A stretch of 63,795 nucleotides of DNA, filler included, from Globobulimina sp. (taxonomy: Eukaryota), in the NCBI GenBank assembly GCA_003354225.1. It is 50 parts of 50 records of this genome, joined end to end, with 100 filler letters (N's around TTAATTAATTAA, not from the genome) between each part and the next. Parts side by side here need not be neighbours in the genome. Positions count along the whole stretch, not along the records: positions 35,795 to 36,972 come from PIVH01021602.1; positions 37,073 to 38,250 come from PIVH01021603.1; positions 38,351 to 39,528 come from PIVH01021604.1; positions 39,629 to 40,806 come from PIVH01021605.1; positions 40,907 to 42,084 come from PIVH01021606.1; positions 42,185 to 43,362 come from PIVH01021607.1; positions 43,463 to 44,640 come from PIVH01021608.1; positions 44,741 to 45,917 come from PIVH01021609.1; 42 more parts are not named here. One strand, given 5' to 3'. Below the pieces are notes generated by a model. That model ran no database searches. It had not been told where the DNA came from and was given only the letters and a program-made list of their open reading frames with translations. Each line of letters begins with the position of its first letter. Position 1 is the stretch's first letter. Shown piece by piece: positions 36,291-48,722 of this stretch. A program made the translations under genes and the position numbers.

Positions 36291-37634
36291 AAAAAGCTGT
36301 GAAAATAGCCAGACAACTCCAAACTTTACTTGAAATCGAGAGATAACTACCCGCCACGATCTTCTGTGCTACGCCGACTACGGCACGCCACGCCATGTCA
36401 CGCTATACAGTATCTATAAAGTTTTTATCAACGTTAAACTTTTATTTTCTAACAACATTATCGTGATTTGGAAAGTCCTAAATAAAAAATATGACTTTTG
36501 CTCAGTTAAATAGAAAATGGTTTTTTTTAGCTGGCTACATTTGTAATACATTTTGTAATACATCTATTGCATGTCAACCGATTATGACTGGTTCTGCTGG
36601 GAAACTGTATGTACAATAAGTAGGCAGCTTGTTAGTAGGTACATTATTTTGTTTATATCGTTTAGTTCATTTTGTAAACTACTTAATCTATAAACTGCCA
36701 GCCAACATATATAGGATCTGTAATATGAGAGAATGTGACAGGTGTTTATAAACAAAGAACATTTCTACAAACTGCTCCTATCTATGGTTAGTTAATATTT
36801 GTTTTACAAATTGGTATGTTGAGACAGAATCGTCACTAGCAGGTGATAAATAATATAAAATTTTATTAAAATTTGTGAACAGCCTACTTAACATGACATA
36901 ACGGTTTCCAACTAGACAAAAATAAACACAATCGCAATATCTCTGTTTGCCATTCTTCGTTTTCGACCATACNNNNNNNNNNNNNNNNNNNNNNNNNNNN
37001 NNNNNNNNNNNNNNNNTTAATTAATTAANNNNNNNNNNNNNNNNNNNNNNNNNNNNNNNNNNNNNNNNNNNNAAAATGATGCCATTGAATATTACGAAAA
37101 ACATCTCCGGCTGATGAAATCACAAAAAAATGAGAAAGAATTCTCTGATAAATGCTTAGATTTGATCCAGCTATTAGCAATTTTGCATTTTGGTAATCAA
37201 AATCTGATACAAAGTAAGAAATATTTTGAATTGTATATGGAAACATGTGATACTGTTGATACAAAAGAAATTGATATGTGGCTGAATGACATTCAACAAG
37301 CTCAAGCTCTAACATCTATGTGACAACCATCTATTTAAGTTTGTTGTAGTACGTAACTGTACGTTAGAGATTTAAGTAGAACAATCGTAAAATTAGAGGT
37401 GGTTTAAATTCACAGGTTTTCTCAAAAAAGTAGTTGCTTACATCATCGTTTATATATCTTGATATATATATATAATTATCTTGGAATATAAAGGTTAACG
37501 GTACTAAGTTATGCAACAAATATATTGTTGATTTACAATTTCTTTGTAAAATATACAGATAGCATTCAATTAAAACAAATAAGAAATATCAAATAACATC
37601 ACTTCTGTACATATAAACTACATTACATAACATA

Positions 37635-37964
37635 ATGGGAAACGTGAATGATTTGCAGGTTGAAGCAGATGATATTAATGCTCTTAACAATTATATATTG
37701 GATAGCTTTGCATGGTGTACTAGTCCATTGAAGAAATCATTTGCTGCATCGCTCGGTGGTAAACACTCTTTTGCGGTATTAACATTTCGCCATTCATTTT
37801 TATCCTGGAAAGAGCCAATCGGTTTTAAGGTAGAAAGAGATGAAGCAGGCATTTGGTGTTATCCATGGATATCGCAACAGCAATTAGAATGGACCGGTGG
37901 CACACTCAGAGTTAGTACATCATTAGATATTTACATAGTCCGTTCCAGAATGTTCGCACTTTAA
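37635..37964 (+). CDS. Hypothetical protein, probable first exon
   Basis: MGN start after AT-rich intergenic DNA. Confidence 0.45.
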   Translation: MGNVNDLQVEADDINALNNYILDSFAWCTSPLKKSFAASLGGKHSFAVLTFRHSFLSWKEPIGFKVERDEAGIWCYPWISQQQLEWTGGTLRVSTSLDIYIVRSRMFAL

Positions 37965-38350
37965 CAGAAACAAATGATTATGCAGATGGGTCTATCAGGA
38001 AGAGTTGAAAGTTATCCGAAAACCTTAATGATTTGAGAGTAGACAAGGTCAACTAAATTGAAGAATACCCTGATTTTTTGATTAATTGCAACCGGAAAAT
38101 TTATAAGTTCAGGTTATTGGTTTTACTTGACAATCCTTCGGTATCCACCTAGCCTGATTAACAGGGATATTATCTTATCCGGGGGCATGGTTTTGAAACA
38201 TAAAGCAGGCATAACAATAAAGGATGGTGCCGGGATTGTCGTTCTGGGGGNNNNNNNNNNNNNNNNNNNNNNNNNNNNNNNNNNNNNNNNNNNNTTAATT
38301 AATTAANNNNNNNNNNNNNNNNNNNNNNNNNNNNNNNNNNNNNNNNNNNN

Positions 38351-38680
38351 AGACGCTGGGTAACTCTTGTCATCTGTTCGTAAAATCTGGCAAATCGAAG
38401 TCCAAATACCACTGGTTCAGCATGAACACCATGTGTTCTACCAACAGCGGGTAGATTTCTATATTCTTTTGCCTTGTTGGCAAGTTCTACTTTTACAAGT
38501 TCGCATCCTTCAAGGAGTACTGCTCCTGCCTCACGAATTTGAATCGCCATTGCAGAATCAAGTACATCTGAGGATGTCATTCCCATGTGGATATATCGGG
38601 ATTCTGGCCCCACATGCTCTGCCACAGAAGTGAGAAAAGCGATTACATCATGTCTGACTGTTTCCTGTTCAATAGCAACA
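38351..38680 (-). CDS. purB: Bacterial adenylosuccinate lyase fragment
   Basis: RHDVIAFL..YIHMGMTSSDVLD..GRTHGVHAEP. Confidence 0.92.
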
Positions 38681-39528
38681 CTGCCATGTTATTTAATTCC
38701 ATGCTCAACATCCAATGTACAAATAAGGAATACCCCAACACATATTACAAAAAATTATTCCATGATGGCAACTCTTCATACAATGTTTATGCTATTCAAA
38801 TTGGCAAAATCTACGCCAAATATTTATCACATTCAGACATTGAGGATTTATCAGATGACATATTCGAAGATTTATTGTATCTTCGATATAAAATAAATCA
38901 AAGTGATTCATCCAGCATAGAAACAAAAAAATTATATGATACATATTACAATGATTTCCATCGCAATATTAAGTCAACCGGTCACTGTCAGCTAGCAAAC
39001 AAAAACACGGATTTTTTCAAATTTATTCAGTCGGACACCGACTATATAAACAGCACAAACGAAGCAGCCATAAACTTTTATAATTTGCTCCCAATGACCG
39101 ATGTTTTGAATGATAGTTATTATACAACCAAAGCAAAGCATATTAGTGGCAAATATCAATTATACCATATTCCGACATTATACACATATGTTTTGAGTGT
39201 AGATAAAGATGGATATTTGCCTTCATTGGAGCTAAGATTTGGCGAAATTGTCAATAAATTGCAGCACGATCAAACCAAACATTTGATGTTAAATAATAAT
39301 GAAAAACAAATATTATGGGCTGGTGAATTTTATTATATTTATGATTATAAACATAGCGAATATGTATTATTGGTGGCCAATGCATCTGGTCATTGGAAGA
39401 TAGCCGTTGATGACATGCCGGAGTATTTAGAAGAGCTATTGATACAATCATTGTTTCCAAATTATACTGTTTCGCAGTTATCGGATGCATCGTTGATGAA
39501 ATATGATTATGTCGACTTTTATCGACCA
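38680..39528 (+). CDS. Hypothetical protein with H...AGE...N-x-SGH motif, partial
   Basis: KHLML..ILWAGEF..ANASGHWK within a long AT-rich ORF. Confidence 0.6.
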
Positions 39529-39628
39529 NNNNNNNNNNNNNNNNNNNNNNNNNNNNNNNNNNNNNNNNNNNNTTAATTAATTAANNNNNNNNNNNNNNNN
39601 NNNNNNNNNNNNNNNNNNNNNNNNNNNN

Positions 39629-40563
39629 AATGTTTGAAACAGTACATTGCTGAAAACATTTTATTAAAAAACGTAATATCTTCAGCTAAAAAAAAGAATA
39701 AATCCTCGTTTCCTGCCTCTGGCTCTTCGTTTGGTGCAATCAATTTGTATGGGAAACGATTATATAAATCGAGTGGGTATAAAGTGCATAACAACAAGAA
39801 AGTGAATGGGCGTATCACTTTGTATGAACATGGATTGATGTTTTCGTTTAAAAAAGGTTGGATTTCCAAGTCAATCATTGAGGAATTCCATCAATGGAAG
39901 CCTTATGTGGAGCTAATGCCCGATGCGGATTCGAGCAATGTGTTATGTGTAGAATTTAATTATAAACATGAGGCTGATGCAGAGGCAGAGGATGATGATA
40001 CAAAAAAGGAGGAGAAATTTGATGGTCAGCAAGAAGAGATTGCATTTGGTATAGCTCCATGTCGTCCAAATGAGATTATTGAGACTATACAAGCTGAGAT
40101 CGATAAAATGTATCCAACCTATTCGTTGCAAAAGGAAATAAAAGACTTTTTAAAGAAAATTGGTGGCGATCATGAAATTGCAGAGATTATTGATGAATAT
40201 AATGAATTGAATAAAAATATTTTACAATCAATCAAGGAAAGGGATGAGATTGATGATAAAAAGTATAATAAATTACAATCTGAAATCAATACAATGAATG
40301 CGAGAATAATTGATATTGAAAATAATGCAACAATGATATGGAATGATTGTGAACTTATTATAAATAAGAAAATTGAACCACTAATTAATGATTTATGCGT
40401 AAAAATTGATTCTATGATTATGAATAATGAACATTGGAAAATCATATCAAATGTTCGCAAATCATTAAATTTTGCGAAACAATATCAAGATAAATTGACA
40501 AATATTAAAACACAGATTAAAATTATTGTAATCAAAGAAAATGATAATTTTTATCCAAATTAA
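39629..40563 (+). CDS. PH-like + coiled-coil hypothetical protein, 5'-partial
   Basis: GRITLYEHGLMF beta-rich segment followed by heptad-rich helices. Confidence 0.65.
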
Positions 40564-40920
40564 AAATTACAAGATTGTATATTATAATTTAATAGTCATT
40601 CCACATCAAATCACAATATTTTTGCAAATCCTGTTTGGAAACACTATTCTTTTGAAATTGTATACATTCTCCTTGCACTCTATGTAAATCTCCGTATGAT
40701 TTTACTAAAATTGTAAACACTGCATGTGCTTTGATACTTTGCTAGTGCTTTGACAGTGCTTTGCAACTCACAAACTGTTCGTAAACTACTCCTCTTAGAC
40801 AGAATANNNNNNNNNNNNNNNNNNNNNNNNNNNNNNNNNNNNNNNNNNNNTTAATTAATTAANNNNNNNNNNNNNNNNNNNNNNNNNNNNNNNNNNNNNN
40901 NNNNNNGTAACTTTAGAGAT

Positions 40921-41100
40921 ACAACATGTTGAACATGTTAATCACTTTCTCCAACATGTTGGCATTTTGATCAGACTGTTCAATTTGGTGCAGCATGCTG
41001 GTAAGCAACATGTTCAACATGCAGGCATCAAGCAGGCATATTAGATTTGGTGCAGCCAGCTCTTAGACAACATGTTGAACATGTTACTCGAATGTTCAAC
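40921..41100. repeat. AACATGTT palindrome-rich repeat cluster
   Basis: ACAACATGTTGAACATGTTA at 40921 and 41067; TTTGGTGCAGC twice. Confidence 0.7.
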
Positions 41101-41109
41101 CCACAATTT

Positions 41110-42016
41110 TAAAACCCCTGAGAAAGTGTCCACACTCTTCATGAAAAGCTAAATCTAGCTGTTAGAACGAATGATCTTCCTACATTCAAGAAAATAGTAC
41201 AGGATATCCAAAATCGTCCAAATGATTCGATTTTAAATTACAGATTTTATGGGGATAACATATTTTCAACATTCTTGGCTATATTCAAGACAAAGATCGA
41301 ATCACATATTCCTGAATATTTAATACAAAACTTTCCTGAAATTATATTTGAGGAAAATGATTTAAAAGAATCAACTTTAACGTATGCAGCAATATTTAAT
41401 CGCGTAGATATTATCGATCAAATGTATAAGAATGGAGTCGATATATTGAAATCTGACGGCAACAATTTAACTGCACTCGAAAATGCAGCAAAATATAATT
41501 TTCATAATGTTCTAAAATATTACTTTTCCAGATTTAATATAAAAAGCAACATTATAAATTCCTGCATTGATAAACATAAAAAATGTAACACTTTTATATA
41601 TTATAAATATTTGTACTACAAATAGAGAGCTATGTTATGACAATGCATCATTAATATTATCAGAATATATATCATCAAACATGTATGGTTTATTTTCTAT
41701 ATTCGATTACAATCATCATTTTAAACCAACAACGGATTTAGAAAAATATTTATATGGACTATATCATACTTTGCAAAAACATATTAATACATCAGAAGTA
41801 TGCATAGAAATAATGAGTTTTATTATAACACCTGAAGATAATCAATATATTAAATACGACTTAGTAGAGACTCTTATTTTGGACATAAATAAATGTCAAG
41901 AAAAAAATTTTCTAAAAAAAAGTTTATGCTCAACAATCTATAATCTCAACAATCTAAAGTTTATGCTCAACCTTTACAGCCAACATATATTATATTATGC
42001 TCAACCATTAATTTAA
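41110..42016 (+). CDS. Ankyrin-repeat protein, interrupted near 41600 (frameshift or unresolved intron)
   Basis: STLTYAAIFNRVDII..NGVDI..TALENAAKYN. Confidence 0.6.
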
Positions 42017-42308
42017 TACTGATGGAAAAGCAAAACTAATCAAAACTAAGATTTGTTTTCAGTAATACCACAATTTATTTTTTTNNNNNNNNNNNNNNNN
42101 NNNNNNNNNNNNNNNNNNNNNNNNNNNNTTAATTAATTAANNNNNNNNNNNNNNNNNNNNNNNNNNNNNNNNNNNNNNNNNNNNATTTTGGGCAGGAAGC
42201 ATAAGGTACACTCGTTGCTATTTGTTGATTATATGCATATTCCGCAGCGAAATAGAAAAACATTGCACGTAATATATTTTCTACTGAATGTAAAGCATTT
42301 TTTCTATT

Positions 42309-43124
42309 TTGATGCACATTTTTTTTTTTAATATGCACAAGAATGATGATGGAAAAGTTGATGGCGACGACGATGACGACGATGAAGACGATTTTCTGGC
42401 AAAAATCAACGATGAATTAAATAGTTCGGGTGATGTTCCATTGGTTAATAAGTTGCCGGATTATGGGTTGATCGGTATATTACAGAAAAAAAAAATTGAT
42501 TTTATAACGGAGAAAATCTCTGTAAGCAATATTGCCAAAACAAGCAGAACAATTCAAGAGAAAATTGAGTATAAATTAAGAAAAGCAAAAGAATCCGGCC
42601 AGCGAATAATTGTTTGTATTGATAGAAGCGGTTCCGGTGCGGATGCGTTTGATGAGAAAGAGGCAGAGAATGATGATTTATTTGTTTATCAGTTAGGAGA
42701 TGAATGGGATAAAATTAATAAAGATTACAATGAGATGCATCTTGTGTGGAAAACCAAAAATGCATTGATGCCAAATTGGAAAATGGATGATGATGATTTA
42801 AATGCAGTGGTTGGCGGTTCGAGCGATATCGGTGATAAAGGATTTGCATTTTCATTCCATATTCATTCAAGTCATAGGATTTACTGTGATCAATGGATAA
42901 AATCACAAGAAATGCCGTTTTTACCATATCATTTAATTGATGTGTGGCCGTTATATTTTCATAAAGATTTTCGGAAAATTGATAAAACATTTAATTATCA
43001 ATATATTTATGAAAATTGGAAATTGCAAACCAATGATGTTCGGTTAAACAAATGGATTGAAATTATTGATCCGGATTTTTATCAAAATTTAGAGAAAAAA
43101 CATTTTAAATATATGCAAAAATAA
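42309..43124 (+). CDS. Hypothetical protein, terminal exon
   Basis: 271-codon ORF with an acidic tract; no motif recognised. Confidence 0.65.
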   Translation: MMHIFFFNMHKNDDGKVDGDDDDDDEDDFLAKINDELNSSGDVPLVNKLPDYGLIGILQKKKIDFITEKISVSNIAKTSRTIQEKIEYKLRKAKESGQRIIVCIDRSGSGADAFDEKEAENDDLFVYQLGDEWDKINKDYNEMHLVWKTKNALMPNWKMDDDDLNAVVGGSSDIGDKGFAFSFHIHSSHRIYCDQWIKSQEMPFLPYHLIDVWPLYFHKDFRKIDKTFNYQYIYENWKLQTNDVRLNKWIEIIDPDFYQNLEKKHFKYMQK

Positions 43125-43674
43125 GCATGTAAATATAATCTGATTTTGCCTCTTGCTTTTTATTAATTAATTAAATTATTATAATATAATACTTTAGAAC
43201 TTGAATAATTTGAAACACGGAAACTTTTAAATTATCCTCGCGCAGATGGAAGATCGTTGAGGTTGAAATAAATCATTTATTTAAAAAAAACTTTATAACT
43301 GCGACAAGTTTGATGATGTACCTTTCAACGCACCGTTTAGATTTATTATTATTTGGTTATGTNNNNNNNNNNNNNNNNNNNNNNNNNNNNNNNNNNNNNN
43401 NNNNNNTTAATTAATTAANNNNNNNNNNNNNNNNNNNNNNNNNNNNNNNNNNNNNNNNNNNNACAAAGATTTATTAAATGTATGTGGTACAACATTGCAA
43501 GACTGGGTAGCACAGGGAAATGATGCTGGCACTACGCTGAATAAGTTACCAACGGATCAACAAATCATTGAAATGGCACAACAAATATTACCAACATATA
43601 TGTGTGAGTTCCATGATGTCGCTTCTCAATTTTACAAATCTTTTTTACAGGTTTTGAGTGTAGCAACTTGAACA

Positions 43675-44640
43675 ATGGACGGTTACAATCCCTTGCAAAG
43701 AATTCCCAGCGGCTTTGTTGTCGAACCAGGAGGTATTAATCCAGGAACTGCAATTATACCAAAAACGTCGGCGAATGGTTCTGATCTTCGACACAGTCTA
43801 AGTACTGCTCGGCGGTCAACAACTTACGACCCATCGACTATTGAAGGCTCACTGATTGACAGAGCATTCAGTCAGTCAGTGGGCAATTCACCAATTTATA
43901 TGGCAGTTTTTAATTTTTTAGCGGGATGCGGCGTGGTTGGCTTACCTGTCACTTTCAAAAACAGTGGAATTGCGGTCGGTGTTGCAATGATGGTCTGTGT
44001 CGCAGTTATTTCTGTTTATACATTACGTTTATTAATAATTTGTGGCAAAAAATTAGAATGCGAAGATTATGAAAAATTGGTGAGTAAAGTTTTTGGTGTT
44101 TATGGATATTATTTTATATCTTTCTCCATTTTAATTTTTGATATTGGCGCTTGTTTAACGTATACGATTATTTTAGGCAACTCAGCTCGCGATGTTATGG
44201 GTTATCTGTGCGGCTTTGATTCGTTCCACGATCGACAGATTGTGATCGCTGTGGTTTATGTTGTATTAATATTACCATTCTGTGTTGGGAAAAATTTTGA
44301 ATTTATAGAGAAAGTGAGTGCGATCGCTATTTTTATGGTTTTTGTGATGATGGCGGTTGTAATGTATAAATATTATGATCAGTATCAATATGATCATGCC
44401 GGAATTGATTATTTTGGAAGTAATTATGTGGACATTTTGGCTGCGTTAGGAACCATTTCCTTTGCTTTTATTCAGCATGATTTATGTTTCCTTGTTTATA
44501 AAGTATGAATTTATGTGTTTTTTCAGATACATTATTTTGTTTTTTTTGTTTTTAAGACATTGAAAAATAACACAATGAGACGGTATACAATTTTAATAAG
44601 TTTGGGAATGGCTATCCAATGCGTATTATGTGTGCTTGTG
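43675..44640 (+). CDS. SLC38/AVT-type amino acid transporter, 3'-partial
   Basis: AVFNFLAGCGVVGLP..SGI..G, multiple TMs, ISFAFIQH. Confidence 0.9.
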
Positions 44641-44740
44641 NNNNNNNNNNNNNNNNNNNNNNNNNNNNNNNNNNNNNNNNNNNNTTAATTAATTAANNNN
44701 NNNNNNNNNNNNNNNNNNNNNNNNNNNNNNNNNNNNNNNN

Positions 44741-45503
44741 ATTGTTGATCTCGCAAATTTGCCACCATATATTTTCGCTAATTTATTCTGTGCAAAATAA
44801 CCGTGTTGCAATGCATTTAATATAACCACAGAACCACGGCAATATGGAATTAGTTTACTGTTTTCTTTCTGATTTGCGGCTAATAACTGTTCCCGTAGTG
44901 ATGCAAGAATCGGGTGTTCCAATGTCATTATCTCGTCCTGCGCGAATAAACTGCCATTGTAGAAACCAAATAAATTGGCATCTGCAAAATTTACATAAAA
45001 ATGTAGTTTTGATACATTTTGTGTGTTACCAATGTATTGATAAATATTTGGTTGTATAATCATTTTATTCTTACGGTTAAAGGAAAATATGTATTTAATT
45101 GTAGAAATTACGTAATATCCAGAAACAGCAACGTTTGTATGCAACGTTATAGAAACATTATTCGTAGCTATTTCTGGATATTATGTGTCGAATTTATGAT
45201 TTTTACCTTAATAAAGTCTGTTGGGTCAGGTATGGTTGCTGGTAATTCAATTAATTGATGTCTTCCATATACCAATGTTCCAAAACAATCATTGGCTCCG
45301 TTTGGAACAATTAATTTAAAAATAGTCTTTTTTCGACCATCTTTATATTTTGGTGCAAAATTCGTCATTAATTCGACACAATCAAACTCTTTTCGATGCA
45401 CTAAACCACGTGCCCTTTTTTTGTAAGATATTTTCAATGCTGACCCATCAGAATCATTTTCTTTTGTCTCTTGGTTTGCAAGGTCATTTGTTGGAGCTGC
45501 CAT
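44741..45503 (-). CDS. PARG-like macrodomain glycohydrolase, intron-containing, 3'-partial
   Basis: FYVNFADANLFGFYNGSLFAQDEIMTLEHP corresponds to the PARG V-(D/N)-FA...QEE loop. Confidence 0.7.
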
Positions 45504-46017
45504 GTCAAAAAAAATGTTGATAAATCTTTTTGAGCACACAGGATAGGAAAGTCTGAACAGTGAAAATATACAACAACATACCATCCGGAATGTAATGCAT
45601 CTTTCTCGTCATCTTTGCCTTCATTATTGCCAGGCTGTGCCATCTTAAGTTTATAGAGTGCAGATAAAACTTGCTCACTATCTATTGTTCTGGCTTTGCA
45701 AACCAACACAAAGCTTTAAAAAAAAAGTATAACGTTAATATCTTTTATGAGATCAAATTAATCAAATAATGAAAGGAATTAATTTATATTGAACCTTTTT
45801 TTTATATTTAATATAACCATCCAAGCCATTTTCAAGCATTTGTTCCTCAAAACCAATCCGTATCAGGAATACGATAACAGTCACAATCGATATAAGTACA
45901 CCATAAAATGAAGCAAANNNNNNNNNNNNNNNNNNNNNNNNNNNNNNNNNNNNNNNNNNNNTTAATTAATTAANNNNNNNNNNNNNNNNNNNNNNNNNNN
46001 NNNNNNNNNNNNNNNNN

Positions 46018-46587
46018 CACGACAACACAAGCAGATGGCAGGCGTTGTACGGTTTGGAGCGCTACGACGAGGCGGTGGGCGACGCAGAAAAGGCGTTGCG
46101 TTTAGATCCGAGCAGTGCCGATTTGAAGCAGCAATTGCGAGCCGCCAAGATGGAGTTGAAAAAGTCGAAGAGGAAGAATTATTACAAGATCTTGGGAGTG
46201 GAGAAGGACGCGACGGAGAAGGAGATCAAGAAAGGCTTCCGGAAGAAGGCCATGTTGTGGCACCCGGATAAGTTTGCGTGCGGCACTGAGGAGGAGAAGA
46301 AGAGCGCGGAGGACAAGTTCAAAACTATTGGAGAGGCGTACGAAGTGTTGAAAGACCCGAAGATGAAACAGCGGTATGACAGTGGCGTGGATTGCGATCA
46401 CTTGAAAGGGGGCGGCTTCCCTGGCTTTGGCGGCGGCGGAGTCGATATTTCGCACATATTTGATTTGTTGGGCGGGATGGGGGGACATGGCGGAGGTGGT
46501 CACGGCCATGGGCACGGTGGCGGACATCCGGGATTTCAACAGTTTTCCGGAGGGAATGGACAGAATTTTTCATTTAGGTTTGGCTGA
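46018..46587 (+). CDS. DNAJC7: TPR + J-domain co-chaperone C-terminus (DNAJC7-like)
   Basis: ELKKSKRKNYYKILG, HPDK, Gly/Phe-rich tail. Confidence 0.9.
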   Translation, partial: HDNTSRWQALYGLERYDEAVGDAEKALRLDPSSADLKQQLRAAKMELKKSKRKNYYKILGVEKDATEKEIKKGFRKKAMLWHPDKFACGTEEEKKSAEDKFKTIGEAYEVLKDPKMKQRYDSGVDCDHLKGGGFPGFGGGGVDISHIFDLLGGMGGHGGGGHGHGHGGGHPGFQQFSGGNGQNFSFRFG

Positions 46588-46808
46588 TTTTGACATAGAT
46601 TGATAGAGATGAGTGGTTTTTTAACTTTTTTTTTTTGTTTTGGTTTTAATTTACTGTTCAATTTAAAATTAAGTCTTGTAGTAAAAGAGGTAAAAAGAGC
46701 GTCAGATTATTATTGTTTCTGAGAAACGAAAAAATGATAATCCCAGCGTTTTTACGTATGCTTGCTGTGTCGGATAATGCAACTCATTGATAAACTGCCA
46801 ACACTTAA

Positions 46809-47194
46809 TTACATTTGAGAATATTGTACAATTTGAAGAGTGTCATTTTTATAATAAAAATTAGCAGCAACAGCAACTTGTTTTGGAATATTTGTAAAGG
46901 CATCTTTTTGTGTTACATATTGTCCATTAATGGCAAAATTTAATGTACCTTTATATAAATTAATATCGACAGTAATAATATCACCTGTTTTATAACCACT
47001 AACTTTGTATTTAGCACTGCCGTTATTATACACATCACCTTGATAATAATAACTGTATGAATTTTCTGTAGATCCAACATAACTATTACCTGATATATTA
47101 AATGATTTATCAATTATACCAATACCCATGCCACTATTTGAACTTTTATTTATTCTAATATTTATAATATGTCTTCCTGTTTCCCAAAATGGTC
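46809..47194 (-). CDS. SPRY/B30.2 domain C-terminus
   Basis: GIGI..SYSYY..G..YKTGDIITVDINL..GTLNFAING. Confidence 0.85.
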
Positions 47195-47519
47195 NNNNNN
47201 NNNNNNNNNNNNNNNNNNNNNNNNNNNNNNNNNNNNNNTTAATTAATTAANNNNNNNNNNNNNNNNNNNNNNNNNNNNNNNNNNNNNNNNNNNNCTCGAA
47301 ACGCTTGTCCTTGGGACGTAGCGCGTCGATGTATTTAACAGTGAAATTATTGATGGGTTTACTCATTGTTTTAACCTTTCATTTCTGACCCTTAGGTCTT
47401 TGGGTATTTTATCTATATCTCATAAGTACGCAACAGGGATCGTATCTGTTCATAGAAAAAACGACCCGAACGGGACGCGTCGTTGTTTGTTCGAATGAAT
47501 CACTCACATTTTTTGATTG

Positions 47520-47950
47520 GGTTAAATATTGGAATGCTTTTGGCAGGTTTTTGTCAAATATATCATTCACCAAAAAGCAAAATAGGTCGTTCGGGATTGA
47601 TGAATATTAACATAAAGGAATATGGAATACAGAATGAGTTATCATTTATCCATGGATGGATTGAAGGACTGAGTAAAGACTGTGTGTTTATGAGAAATTT
47701 TGAATTTCCCATTCAGGATTTCCATTTTTATTTAGCTTTAGCCACTTTTCGTGGAATTGGGATCATGCAAGGAATATTTAGACGTATTAATGAAGGAAAT
47801 TCTTCGAATCCAACTAAGTTTCTTCCAAAAGGGTTCTCTGCCAATGTTATACTGAAATTGATGGCTATGGATGGATTGAGACATCTCAAGAATGGATGTA
47901 TGTATAAACATTTATTGACTGTTTCGACAGCAAAAGCTTCCAAATTGTAA
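47520..47950 (+). CDS. ACAD10/11-type phosphotransferase (APH) C-terminus with PTS1
   Basis: FYLALATFRGIGIMQGIFRRINEGNSS; ends in SKL. Confidence 0.75.
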
Positions 47951-48722
47951 ATCGATATACCGGTAGTTGTGCGCCTCAACAATGAGTTTGGATGTTCCGT
48001 ATTTACTTTTTTCAAATTATAAAGATAATAAAAACACACATATCAAAAAAAATAAGCAGATCATCGGCATTTAATATGCGATGATATGAAATGTTGACAA
48101 AATAAAAATGTACATCATTTCGAAAACCGTAATACGTTAACTATCACAGAAGGAGAAAAAAACAAAAAAACAAAAAAAGTAAGTAATTTATAAGTAACAC
48201 GGAAAAATCTAAAGATAACGAACACACACATCATTAACGAAATGCCTTTCAAGCATAAACGCAATGAATGGAATTTTGTGTGAGATATATAAATGGAATA
48301 ATATCTCTATATCAATTAGATCGGAACTAGATGGCCCTGCGACGTATCACAAAACATCAGAAAATAGAAACATCTCAAACCCATTGGATCTGCGAAATTG
48401 ATATCTAACATTTATCAAAACAACCAGCATAATTTGACATGCATCCAAACAAACAGTTCTTGTTCACAATTNNNNNNNNNNNNNNNNNNNNNNNNNNNNN
48501 NNNNNNNNNNNNNNNTTAATTAATTAANNNNNNNNNNNNNNNNNNNNNNNNNNNNNNNNNNNNNNNNNNNNGAGGCAATAGAGTGAGGACTATTTATTAA
48601 TCCACGCTGCTGGCAAGCAATCCTCTTAGACATAAGTAGACTTGAAATGTAACGGTCTCGAAAAAAACTTAGTTGAGCATAGTCTAATACTACTCTGAAA
48701 ATCAGAAACTTTGTCCTTTGGC

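Noticed and set aside
38100-38250. TTGACA plus a GC-richer ORF start at the contig end
   Set aside because: Too short to call; probably a chimeric bacterial piece.
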